Shown: positions 8,011 to 16,401 of the stretch, piece by piece
Layout of the letters: every line of letters starts with the position of its first letter
Numbering within the stretch: the first letter of the stretch is position 1
Origin: Escherichia phage BEU51
Sequence record: OM632672.1
Length of the DNA stretch: 48,949 nt
Reading direction: 5' to 3' (one strand)
Translations under genes and position numbers: made by a program
Notes under the pieces: generated by a model
Databases searched by the model: none
Told to the model about the DNA's origin: nothing
The model's input: the letters and a program-made list of their open reading frames with translations, nothing else

Positions 8011-9225
8011 ATGCAAACTTTTACTGCCCGTGAATATCTGAAAATTGACATTGCTAATAACTATGGTCTGGATAAAGAAGACTGGGATGACCGTATTGCA
8101 TGGTTCGATAAGAATGAGAACAACCTACTGAACCTTGTAAGAGAAGCTGAAGAACCTGCCCTGTTCTATGCTGGTGTTAAAGCATGGATGGACGTTAAGG
8201 AAGGTAAGCCAATTGGTTATCCTGTTGCACTGGATGCTACATCATCTGGTCTACAGATTCTGGCTTGTCTGACTGGTGACCGTAGAGCTGCTGAACTATG
8301 TAACGTTGTTAACTATCGTGATGAAAGTGGCAAAGTTAAACGTCGTGATGCTTATACAGTTATCTACAACAAGATGCTGAACACTCTTGGTAAAGGTGCT
8401 CGTATCAAACGTAATGACTGTAAACAAGCAATCATGACTGCTCTGTATGGTTCAGAAGCTAAACCAAAGGAAGTATTTGGTGAAGGCATTATGCTCAACG
8501 TATTTGAAAGCACAATGAATGTGGAAGCACCTGCTGTATGGGAACTAAATAAATTCTGGTTACAGTGTGGTAATCCAGAGGCTTTCGTATATCACTGGGT
8601 AATGCCAGACGGCTTTAACGTATATATCAAAGTAATGGTAAATGAAGTGGAGACTGTCCACTTCTTAGATAAGCCATATGACTGTGTTCGTAAAGTACAA
8701 GGTACTGAAGAGAAGACTCGTATGCTATCTGCCAATACCACTCACTCTATTGATGGCCTAGTAGTACGTGAGTTGGTTCGTCGTTGTGACTATGACAAGA
8801 ACCAAATTGAATACATCAAGGCTCTTTGCAATGGTGAAGCTGAATATAAGGCTTCTGAAAAGAACTATGGCAAAGCAATGGAACTGTGGGGCTACTATGA
8901 GAAGACAGGATTCCTGACTGCTCGTATCTTTGATTATCTGGATTCTGAAACTATTAAATTAGTAAATACTCAGGACATTCTAGACCTGATTGAATCCATG
9001 CCTAAGAAGCCATTCCATGTACTCACTGTACACGACTGCTTCCGTTGCCTGCCTAACTATGGCAATGACATTCGTCGTCAGTACAACAACCTGTTAGCTA
9101 CTATTGCTAAAGGTGACTTACTATCTTTCATTATGAGCCAGGTTCTAGGCCAAGAAGTTACTATTGGCAAACTAGACCCGACTCTATGGGAAGATGTATT
9201 AGAAACCGAATACGCTCTATCTTAA
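8011..9225 (+). CDS. phage RNA polymerase II large subunit (T7-like catalytic part)
   Basis: PVALDATSSGLQILA resembles T7 RNAP motif A (DGSCSGIQH) and LTVHDCF resembles motif C (HDSF); ATG at 8011 with GAGGAA upstream gives 404 aa. Confidence 0.85.
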   Translation: MQTFTAREYLKIDIANNYGLDKEDWDDRIAWFDKNENNLLNLVREAEEPALFYAGVKAWMDVKEGKPIGYPVALDATSSGLQILACLTGDRRAAELCNVVNYRDESGKVKRRDAYTVIYNKMLNTLGKGARIKRNDCKQAIMTALYGSEAKPKEVFGEGIMLNVFESTMNVEAPAVWELNKFWLQCGNPEAFVYHWVMPDGFNVYIKVMVNEVETVHFLDKPYDCVRKVQGTEEKTRMLSANTTHSIDGLVVRELVRRCDYDKNQIEYIKALCNGEAEYKASEKNYGKAMELWGYYEKTGFLTARIFDYLDSETIKLVNTQDILDLIESMPKKPFHVLTVHDCFRCLPNYGNDIRRQYNNLLATIAKGDLLSFIMSQVLGQEVTIGKLDPTLWEDVLETEYALS

Positions 9226-9230
9226 TAACT

Positions 9231-9265
9231 AAGGCTATCCCTTCGGGGGTAGCCTTTATTTTTTT
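9231..9265 (+). terminator. rho-independent terminator
   Basis: AAGGCTATCCC-TTCG-GGGGTAGCCTT perfect 11-bp stem followed by TATTTTTTT. Confidence 0.8.
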
Positions 9266-9309
9266 AGTAAATCATAATGGATAGGCATTTAACCTATGAG
9301 GAAATTAAA

Positions 9310-10149
9310 ATGCCTGTTCTTAAAGTGATGTTCCATAAAGACACCAACGTAGCTACTGTACTGGATGCCAGTGGTAGCCTTAGTGATGGTTCCGTTGAGG
9401 TGGGTACTTTCCATCATCCTGATGAAACCTATCCTGATAGTGTAACTATCTATCATGGTGTACGTGACCTGCTGTATAAACGCAGTGCTAAAGACCCATC
9501 TCAAACTGCTTCTTACCCAAATAACATTATCAATATGCAAGTTATCAGTATTGATATGAAGGCAACTCCTCGCCTGATTTTGGGTACTGCATTACCTCGT
9601 GTAATCTCTACTATTGAAGGCAAAGATGTAACCTGGCATGTAGATGTTGCTGGTGGTAAAGCACCATTGACTTACAAGTGGCAGTTTAAAGCTAATACTG
9701 TAGGTGCTGCTTTCGCTGATATTGATTCCGGAGAGAATCCTACAGCTAAAACTGCAACTCTTATTAACCATGCAGTAACTGCTGAATCTGCTGGTACTTA
9801 TAAAGTCATCGTTACTGATGCTAACGGTACTACTATCGAGAGTTCTTCTCTGCTGGTTGTAGGAGTTCAGGAACCACCTGAAGTAGCTTCTATTGTTGCT
9901 TATCCAAGTCCACTGGCTCTATCAGTAGCTGATGATATTACTGATGGTAAAACAGTTAAATTTTCTTCCCTGCCTGCTGGCTCTTTGATTGGTACTCTGT
10001 CCATTAAGACCCAGCCTGACAGTGGTAAAGCTACTGCTGAGATTAGTGGTAATGTACTGACAGTTAAACCTGTAGCCGCAGGTGACACTACTGTAGTGGT
10101 CACCAACGGAACCAAGGAAGTAACTGTTACGGTTAATGTTACAGAATAA
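9310..10149 (+). CDS. Ig-like (Big_2-type) domain protein
   Basis: Two beta-rich segments typical of bacterial Ig-like domains (TYKVIVTDANGTTIESSSLLVV; GDTTVVVTNGTKEVTVTVNVTE); ATG at 9310 with GAGGAA RBS. Confidence 0.5.
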   Translation: MPVLKVMFHKDTNVATVLDASGSLSDGSVEVGTFHHPDETYPDSVTIYHGVRDLLYKRSAKDPSQTASYPNNIINMQVISIDMKATPRLILGTALPRVISTIEGKDVTWHVDVAGGKAPLTYKWQFKANTVGAAFADIDSGENPTAKTATLINHAVTAESAGTYKVIVTDANGTTIESSSLLVVGVQEPPEVASIVAYPSPLALSVADDITDGKTVKFSSLPAGSLIGTLSIKTQPDSGKATAEISGNVLTVKPVAAGDTTVVVTNGTKEVTVTVNVTE

Positions 10150-10170
10150 TGTGATTGTTTTTATGAATGT

Positions 10171-10194
10171 AGCCCTCCTTGTGGGGGCTTTTTA
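10171..10194 (+). terminator. rho-independent terminator
   Basis: AGCCCTC-CTTGT-GGGGGCT hairpin followed by TTTTT. Confidence 0.65.
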
Positions 10195-10218
10195 GTATCT
10201 ATAGGAGAGTAAATAATT

Positions 10219-10533
10219 ATGGCTAATAAGAACCGTCTTCGTGTATGGCATATCCCTCAAGTACCCGGCAAAGCCTTCTATGTTGAAGTAGATTCAGTAG
10301 AAGAAGGTGTACGTATCATTGATATACTAGCCAACTATGACCTATTCCAGTATGAGAACAATATCAAAGGTGATTACTGCAATGTCTCTGGTTTACAGAT
10401 GTATGATGAACATATCACTGATGATGAAATGGAAGAGATGGGTCTGACTGACCGTTGGGTAGACTGGTACTATGAAGATGACCAGAGCTTTTTTGATAAC
10501 CCGAAAGAGTATTTGAATAATCTCAAGAAGTAA
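10219..10533 (+). CDS. hypothetical acidic protein (104 aa)
   Basis: ORF from track, GGAGAG RBS. Confidence 0.6.
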   Translation: MANKNRLRVWHIPQVPGKAFYVEVDSVEEGVRIIDILANYDLFQYENNIKGDYCNVSGLQMYDEHITDDEMEEMGLTDRWVDWYYEDDQSFFDNPKEYLNNLKK

Positions 10534-10573
10534 TTTCTTGGGGTTAATGACCCTTATTAATTCCTTATCCTTT

Positions 10574-10596
10574 GCCCTCCTATGGAGGGCTTTTTT
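10574..10596 (+). terminator. rho-independent terminator
   Basis: GCCCTC-CTATG-GAGGGC hairpin followed by TTTTTT. Confidence 0.7.
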
Positions 10597-10607
10597 ACGG
10601 AGTACAA

Positions 10608-10814
10608 ATGTTTAAGTTTTTAGACCTTATCTGGGCAGTCATTTTGCTGGTTGCTACAGGCTTTGTATATGGCTTCTTGCTCCCATCAATGATGTCTGCT
10701 TTAGACAGCATCATTGTTGTTATGGGCTTGATAGTCTGTATTGTGTGGCCTCTTATCGTAGGCCGTATCGTTTATCTTACAGTTAAGAAAAGGATGAGAA
10801 GAAAACATGTATAA
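10608..10814 (+). CDS. small membrane protein (two predicted TM helices)
   Basis: ATG at 10608 downstream of the terminator; the track start at 10572 would read through the hairpin; two hydrophobic stretches and a basic C-terminus. Confidence 0.55.
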   Translation: MFKFLDLIWAVILLVATGFVYGFLLPSMMSALDSIIVVMGLIVCIVWPLIVGRIVYLTVKKRMRRKHV

Positions 10815-11643
10815 GTACATTGCAGTAGCAATTGCAGGGCTAATCATTGCTCTAAGTTTAACGAGCTGCTATGACCGAGTTGAACCAGGTAATGTAGGTA
10901 TTATCGTTAACCGTCTCGGTGAAGATAAAGGCGTGGAAAATGAGGTTAAAGGTGTAGGCCGTTACTGGCTCACTTGGAATGAAGAACTTTATACATTCCC
11001 AACCTTTAAGCAGATGAAGACCTATGATGGTCTGTTCTACTTCCAACTGTCTGATGGTACTCAGATAGGCCACCAGATGGCTATCAGCTATAAAGTGAAC
11101 CCTACTAAGGTAACTAATATCTTCCAGACGTATCGTAAGGGAGTTAATGAAATTACCGAGCAGGATTTACGCCAACGTATTGCTGATGTACTTAACAGAC
11201 AGGGTAACCTGATTAACACTGATACATTTATTGATGGTGGTAAATCTAAGCTACTAGATAGTGTCACTGACACAATCCGTAAAGAGATGGAACCAGTGGG
11301 GATTGATATTATTGCTATCTCCTGGATTGGTGCTCCTGAATACCCTGATAACGTTAAACGTGCCATTAATGCCAAAGTAGAAGCTACTCAGAAAACTCTG
11401 CAACGTGAGCAAGAGATTCAACAACGTGTAGCTGAAGCTAATATGGAACGTGAACAAGCTAAGGGTGTAGCTGATGCTATTCTGATTAAAGCTAAAGCAG
11501 AGGCTGATGCTATTCGTTTACGTGGTGAAGCACTCACCGAGAATCCAAATGTAATGCAACTGGAAGCTATTAATAAGTGGAATGGTACATTACCTACCAC
11601 AATGATTCCTGGGGCTACTACACCTTTCGTTAATGTGAAATAA
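10807..11643 (+). CDS. SPFH/band-7 (HflC/prohibitin-like) domain lipoprotein
   Basis: N-terminal signal with lipobox LTSC; VEPGNVGIIVNRLG start and Ala/Glu-rich C-terminus (KAKAEADAIRLRGEALTENPNVMQLEAINKW) typical of SPFH proteins. Confidence 0.7.
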   Translation: MYKYIAVAIAGLIIALSLTSCYDRVEPGNVGIIVNRLGEDKGVENEVKGVGRYWLTWNEELYTFPTFKQMKTYDGLFYFQLSDGTQIGHQMAISYKVNPTKVTNIFQTYRKGVNEITEQDLRQRIADVLNRQGNLINTDTFIDGGKSKLLDSVTDTIRKEMEPVGIDIIAISWIGAPEYPDNVKRAINAKVEATQKTLQREQEIQQRVAEANMEREQAKGVADAILIKAKAEADAIRLRGEALTENPNVMQLEAINKWNGTLPTTMIPGATTPFVNVK

Positions 11644-11650
11644 CTAAGCA

Positions 11651-11679
11651 AACCCACCATTACGGTGGGTTTATTTTTT
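11651..11679 (+). terminator. rho-independent terminator
   Basis: AACCCACC-ATTAC-GGTGGGTT hairpin followed by ATTTTTT. Confidence 0.75.
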
Positions 11680-11705
11680 GAAGTTATCTAACACTGGGTA
11701 TTCCT

Positions 11706-11930
11706 ATGAAAGTAAATGTTTTACGTCGTAAGAAAGTTCCTTTCTTTCAAATCAATTGTGGTTCATGTTTTCAACACGATGATGACTACTATATGAAGTG
11801 TAGTTATCAATCTAAAGAACACTTCTATGGTGTGAATTTACAAACAGGGCATCTGTTCACATTTGATAATAATGACTTTGTTTATCCTGTGACTTTAGAA
11901 GCATGTATTCCTGACCCACTTAATAAATAG
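11706..11930 (+). CDS. hypothetical Cys-containing protein (74 aa)
   Basis: ORF from track. Confidence 0.5.
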   Translation: MKVNVLRRKKVPFFQINCGSCFQHDDDYYMKCSYQSKEHFYGVNLQTGHLFTFDNNDFVYPVTLEACIPDPLNK

Positions 11931-11931
11931 T

Positions 11932-12288
11932 ATGGCTCAAGAAAAGAATCGTCGTCAGACACTTATCGAACGTATTCAGGCCAGAATCAAATTACAGGAC
12001 TTAGGCTATACCGTTAATGGTCAGCCTAGCCTCTGTCACATCTGGACTGGTTCACATTCAGGTAATGGACGCGGTGGGCAATATGGCAGGATTTCCGTGA
12101 ATGGAGTTACCTCTGCAACTCACATTATTGCCTATACCCATTATCATGGTTATATCCCCAATAAGATGCAAGTAGACCATCTCTGTAATAATCGTCTGTG
12201 CTGTAACCCTGAACATCTTGAATTGGTTACTCACCAAGAGAACCAGAGAAGAAGGGCTAAGCGTTCTAAATCTAAAGGAAATAAATAA
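11932..12288 (+). CDS. HNH homing-type endonuclease
   Basis: VDHLCNNRLCCNPEHLELVTHQEN is a classic HNH motif (H..N...CC.NP.HL....N). Confidence 0.8.
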   Translation: MAQEKNRRQTLIERIQARIKLQDLGYTVNGQPSLCHIWTGSHSGNGRGGQYGRISVNGVTSATHIIAYTHYHGYIPNKMQVDHLCNNRLCCNPEHLELVTHQENQRRRAKRSKSKGNK

Positions 12289-12459
12289 ATGATTAAAAAA
12301 CTTATTTGTAAACTTATTGCAGCAATCTTAATTAGTATTATTGGTATTGCATGGGTAATTTCTACTCCAGATAACGTTATGCAACAAATTTATTATGCTG
12401 TATATACATCAACCTCTTTTGTTTGGGTTTATGTAATGTACCGTATTTGTAGCGACTAA
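12289..12459 (+). CDS. small hydrophobic protein (56 aa, below track cutoff)
   Basis: ATG overlaps the HNH stop (TAAATG); two hydrophobic segments. Confidence 0.35.
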   Translation: MIKKLICKLIAAILISIIGIAWVISTPDNVMQQIYYAVYTSTSFVWVYVMYRICSD

Positions 12460-12488
12460 TACTTAATATAGCTTAACTGGAGAGTAAA

Positions 12489-13547
12489 ATGGCTAGTATT
12501 GATTCTATTGCCGTATGTAATCCACGGCAGGTACGTAAATTTGTTGAACACTGTATCCGTTCAGGATTGGTTCCATTTATCACTTCATCTCCTGGTATGG
12601 GTAAATCTGCAATTGTTCATCAGATTGCAGAAGACTTTGGCCTGAAACTGATTGACCATCGTCTGTCTACTTCAGCACCAGAAGACCTGTCAGGTCTGCC
12701 TCGTTTTAAAGAAAATGGTCGTGCTGAATTTGCTCCATTTGACGAGCTATTCCCACTGGAAGGGGATACTGTACCTGAAGGATTTAATGGCTGGCTTCTC
12801 TTTCTCGATGAGTTTAACTCTGCTCGTAAAGAGATTCAGGCTGCTGCTTATAAATTGGTACTCGACCGTATGACTGGTCAGAAGAAGCTACATCCTTATG
12901 TAGCTATCGTATGTGCTGGTAACAAAGCAACTGACCGTGCCATTACTAATAACCTGTCTACAGCTATGCAATCACGTCTTATTCATCTGGAAATGGAGAC
13001 TGATTTTGATGTCTTTATGGAAGATGTAGCTATCCCTAACAAATGGGATGAGCGTGTAATTGCATTCCTGAATGCTAACCCAAATAAACTGAATGATTTT
13101 GAACCAGACCATCAAGAGAAGACTTTCTGTTGTTCTCGTACATGGGAGTTCGTTAACAAGATTGTTTCCATTCTCCCACCGGGACCGATTGATAGTGAAA
13201 TGACTCTGCTATTAGCAGGCACTATCACCTCTGGTGTAGCAACATCATTCGTCCAGTTTACTCAGGTCTATAGCAACATGGTGTCTTTGAATGAGATTTT
13301 GGATAATCCTAAGAAAGCTCGTATGCCTGAAGACAATAACCTGTTGTGGGCTGTAGTCACTTCACTGATTAACAATACTGACGAAGATAATCATTCGAAA
13401 ATCTTTGATTACGTTGAACGTATGCCATTTACGTTCAAGGTTTTGTACTACCGTTCCGTAGGTAGTCTGGTTCCAGCTTTGGTTAAATTACCGAACTGGC
13501 GTGTTGCTGCAATCACATTATCTAAATACGTTCATGGTTCCAATTAA
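12489..13547 (+). CDS. AAA+ ATPase, MoxR-like
   Basis: Walker A SSPGMGKSA and Walker B LLFLDEFN; followed by a VWA partner gene as in MoxR-VWA pairs. Confidence 0.75.
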   Translation: MASIDSIAVCNPRQVRKFVEHCIRSGLVPFITSSPGMGKSAIVHQIAEDFGLKLIDHRLSTSAPEDLSGLPRFKENGRAEFAPFDELFPLEGDTVPEGFNGWLLFLDEFNSARKEIQAAAYKLVLDRMTGQKKLHPYVAIVCAGNKATDRAITNNLSTAMQSRLIHLEMETDFDVFMEDVAIPNKWDERVIAFLNANPNKLNDFEPDHQEKTFCCSRTWEFVNKIVSILPPGPIDSEMTLLLAGTITSGVATSFVQFTQVYSNMVSLNEILDNPKKARMPEDNNLLWAVVTSLINNTDEDNHSKIFDYVERMPFTFKVLYYRSVGSLVPALVKLPNWRVAAITLSKYVHGSN

Positions 13548-13713
13548 CAAGAAAGGAGTTACAGACCTCCTGTATGTTGCTGGCTTTAACGGTGAAAAAA
13601 TTACCGTATATGCCCCAAGTCTGGCTGCTGCTAAACAAAAGGCAGTTGAATACTTTCGTCCAAAGAAACGTGTAGCCCATACCATTTGGGTTCATCTCGC
13701 AGAGGAAAACTGA
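13534..13713 (+). CDS. hypothetical small protein (59 aa)
   Basis: Internal ATG of track ORF 13501..13713; no clear RBS. Confidence 0.3.
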   Translation: MVPINKKGVTDLLYVAGFNGEKITVYAPSLAAAKQKAVEYFRPKKRVAHTIWVHLAEEN

Positions 13714-13714
13714 T

Positions 13715-14857
13715 ATGTCCATGACAGATGCTCAATTAACCCGTGAATATGACAGATGTCAGGCTAAAGCCTTTATGGGCAAAACTGCTGCATTCTTTGG
13801 TTCACTGTTATGTTCTCTGAAGTTCCGTTGGGTAAAAGATGGCTGTGATACAGCACAAACCGATGGTGAGCATCTCGAATGGAATCCTGATTGGTTTGAG
13901 AGTCTATTACCTGAATCTCGTGTAACAGTACTCATGCATGAACTATGGCATGTCGGCTTACTGCATTCTGTTCGTATGGGTTCTCGTGACCCAGAAGTAT
14001 GGAATTATGCCTGTGATATTTATATCAACAATCAGCTTATTCAGGATGGCTACAGCTTTATAGGAATCGAAAATTGCTGGAAAGACTCTAAGTATGCTGG
14101 TTGGGCTGAAGAACAAATCTATGATGACCTCATGAGCAAACAGATACGTCCTCCTAAAGCATCAGGTGCTTTTGGGGCTGGCTCAGGTGGTGACATGAAA
14201 CCTTCCACTTCGAAGGCTAGTCAGGTAAATATTGTCAATAATGTAGTAAGAGCCATGCACCAACAGAAACTATCTGGTGGTTCTTTGCCTGGGGTATTAC
14301 CTGGAAAAATGGAAGAAGTTATTACTCAATTCCTGAAACCAGTAGTACCGTGGCAGGTCTTACTTGAACGCTTCTTCAATGACCTGCAAGAAACTTACTA
14401 CTCATGGCAACGGCCTAATCGTAGATACCCTGATATGTACCTACCATCTCCTATGGATGATGACGGTAGACTGGAACATCTGGCTTATTTCCTCGATACA
14501 TCTGGCTCCATTAAACCTAAAGATGCTTTACGCTTTAGCTCTGAAGTGGCCTATGTAAAAGAGAAATACCAGCCTCAGAAGATGACTCTAGTTCAGTTCA
14601 CTACAGAGATTGTAGATGAACAAGTCATTGAAGATGGTGATAAGTTTACTGATGTCACTATCAAAGGACGGGGTGGTACTAGTCTGGTTCCTGTACGTGA
14701 GTGGATTATTAAGCATAAGCCTACTGCTGCCATTATCTTTACTGACTTAGAAGTCAGACCGATGGAGCCATTGCCATTTGACATTCCTGTCATATGGGTA
14801 GTTATTCGTAACCCTGGTGCACAAGTTCCATTTGGGAAAGTTATTAACATTACATGA
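13715..14857 (+). CDS. VWA-domain protein with N-terminal HExxH metallopeptidase-like domain (DUF2201-type)
   Basis: HELWH zinc-binding-like motif in the N-terminal half; FLDTSGS (MIDAS D.SGS) in the C-terminal half; start overlaps the upstream stop. Confidence 0.7.
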   Translation: MSMTDAQLTREYDRCQAKAFMGKTAAFFGSLLCSLKFRWVKDGCDTAQTDGEHLEWNPDWFESLLPESRVTVLMHELWHVGLLHSVRMGSRDPEVWNYACDIYINNQLIQDGYSFIGIENCWKDSKYAGWAEEQIYDDLMSKQIRPPKASGAFGAGSGGDMKPSTSKASQVNIVNNVVRAMHQQKLSGGSLPGVLPGKMEEVITQFLKPVVPWQVLLERFFNDLQETYYSWQRPNRRYPDMYLPSPMDDDGRLEHLAYFLDTSGSIKPKDALRFSSEVAYVKEKYQPQKMTLVQFTTEIVDEQVIEDGDKFTDVTIKGRGGTSLVPVREWIIKHKPTAAIIFTDLEVRPMEPLPFDIPVIWVVIRNPGAQVPFGKVINIT

Positions 14858-14863
14858 GGTTTT

Positions 14864-15370
14864 ATGGTTGTTAATGGAAAACTATTGTTAGGTGCTATAC
14901 CCATTAAGGGCATGGTTAACAGTAAACTCAGTTCAGGTGAGACTACATTTGGACTGGGAGAAGCTGGTTATGACATCCGTATTAAACAGGATGTTACCTT
15001 CTACCGATTTCTTGGTTTGATTCCCTGCATCAAGATTAAGGATGAAGGAAAGACCAAGTGGAAGTTTGGCACTTTCACATTAGCTTCTGCAATGGAACGT
15101 TTCAATGTACCTGCTGGCCTAGTGGGTATTGTCCATGACAAATCTACATGGGCAAGGCGTACATTATCTGTATTTAATACCGTTATTGAACCAGGATGGT
15201 CAGGCTATCTGACTTTAGAACTGGTTTATCACGGTCGTAAAAAACTTCATATCCCTGCTGGTTCAGGTATTGCTCAGGTCATCTTCCATGAGACAGTAGA
15301 GAATACTACCTACAATGGACGATACCAGAACCAGCCTAATCAACCTGTAGCTGCTAAGTCAGCTCGTTAA
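14864..15370 (+). CDS. dCTP deaminase / dUTPase-superfamily protein
   Basis: GEAGYDIRI and IEPGWSGYLTLELV match the dCTP deaminase-type G..D.GY and PGW.G.LTLE motifs. Confidence 0.7.
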   Translation: MVVNGKLLLGAIPIKGMVNSKLSSGETTFGLGEAGYDIRIKQDVTFYRFLGLIPCIKIKDEGKTKWKFGTFTLASAMERFNVPAGLVGIVHDKSTWARRTLSVFNTVIEPGWSGYLTLELVYHGRKKLHIPAGSGIAQVIFHETVENTTYNGRYQNQPNQPVAAKSAR

Positions 15371-15374
15371 TTAA
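15367..15374 (+). promoter_or_regulatory. TTAATTAA palindrome upstream of a gene start
   Basis: Exact 8-bp palindrome 9 nt before the ATG at 15384, followed by GGAAATAT. Confidence 0.3.
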
Positions 15375-15383
15375 GGAAATATC

Positions 15384-15584
15384 ATGTCTATCTTTACTAC
15401 TAAGGTTAATGGTCAGAAAGTTACTGTTGTTGCTCGTAACGTAGCTTACGTTACTGAAAACAGTGAAGGCCGTGGTGTAATTACTTTTACTAACGGTGAT
15501 TCCATTGATACCCAGGTAGGTTATGACTCTATCCGTCGTAACGTAGCTAAAGCACTTGATGGTGCTAAAGACATCGCAGAGTAA
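15384..15584 (+). CDS. hypothetical small protein (66 aa)
   Basis: ORF from track; AAGGAAA RBS; TTAATTAA 9 nt upstream. Confidence 0.55.
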   Translation: MSIFTTKVNGQKVTVVARNVAYVTENSEGRGVITFTNGDSIDTQVGYDSIRRNVAKALDGAKDIAE

Positions 15585-15597
15585 GGTGTTTACAGTA

Positions 15598-15624
15598 ATG
15601 GGGCTATATAGTAGCCCCATTTAT
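15598..15624 (+). terminator. hairpin terminator (weak U-tract)
   Basis: ATGGGGCTA-TATAG-TAGCCCCAT followed by TTAT. Confidence 0.45.
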
Positions 15625-15659
15625 GGAAATTCCTTTCTCCATTGCTTAGTCCCAACTAT

Positions 15660-15682
15660 GCCCACTTTATGTGGGCTTTTTT
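15660..15682 (+). terminator. rho-independent terminator
   Basis: GCCCAC-TTTAT-GTGGGC followed by TTTTTT. Confidence 0.7.
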
Positions 15683-15697
15683 AATTAGAGACTATGT

Positions 15698-15940
15698 ATG
15701 AGCAAACTAGGTATACACGTTTACATAGATGAAGCCGAGAAGATATACCCCTATACATTATTTAGTTCCAGTGATTTACTTCAGATGAAGGTAAACTCCA
15801 TCATCGTAAACTACTGGTATAACGATAAGAATTGGGATTACTGGGCTGCACGACAGAAGAGTAAGAACAAGAAAGATATATTCAAAAGCAAATCAACTCC
15901 ACATATGTTTCCTTGGTATCACAGAAACCGGAGATATTGA
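15698..15940 (+). CDS. hypothetical protein (80 aa)
   Basis: ORF from track. Confidence 0.5.
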   Translation: MSKLGIHVYIDEAEKIYPYTLFSSSDLLQMKVNSIIVNYWYNDKNWDYWAARQKSKNKKDIFKSKSTPHMFPWYHRNRRY

Positions 15941-16401
15941 TGACAAGAATACCATTTTTAAAACCTAGAAAACGAACACCAAAGCTGTATCAAAAGACCT
16001 CAGAAGACGGTTTAGCCTTGAACCAGAAAGCTATTAAGGCCGTTAGTACACTGGTTCAAGGTAAACAGGATGCTGTTGCTTTACGTCTTGTTGTTGAGCA
16101 AATCTTAGTTGCTCTGACACTGGCTCAAGTAGCTAAACAAGAAGGTAAACAAGAAACCTGTAAAACAGCATTAGGTGCTTTGTACTGGTTGTATAAAGAC
16201 CTTGCTGACAACTTTGAAATGTCTATGGATAAGTGGCAGGGCATTTCTTGTGTACTTGCTCTTAGAGAAGGACAGGAATTACTGTCTACTCTACCAAAAG
16301 CAGAATTTAAACTAGCCTACACTGGAGCACATAAGATTGTTCTTGGTTCCAGTAAGGACATCTTTAACCACCTCAAGCTATTCAAGGCTTTCTATGATTA
16401 A
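15940..16401 (+). CDS. hypothetical protein (153 aa)
   Basis: ATG at 15940 overlaps the upstream stop (ATGA) with GGAGAT upstream. Confidence 0.55.
   Translation: MTRIPFLKPRKRTPKLYQKTSEDGLALNQKAIKAVSTLVQGKQDAVALRLVVEQILVALTLAQVAKQEGKQETCKTALGALYWLYKDLADNFEMSMDKWQGISCVLALREGQELLSTLPKAEFKLAYTGAHKIVLGSSKDIFNHLKLFKAFYD

Noticed and set aside
12652-12873. 73-aa alternate-frame ORF inside the AAA+ ATPase gene, and similar nested same-strand ORFs (14364..14558, 17735..17917, 18080..18295, 27727..28050, 28605..28811)
   Set aside because: Each is nested in a different frame within a longer motif-supported gene with no independent start signals.
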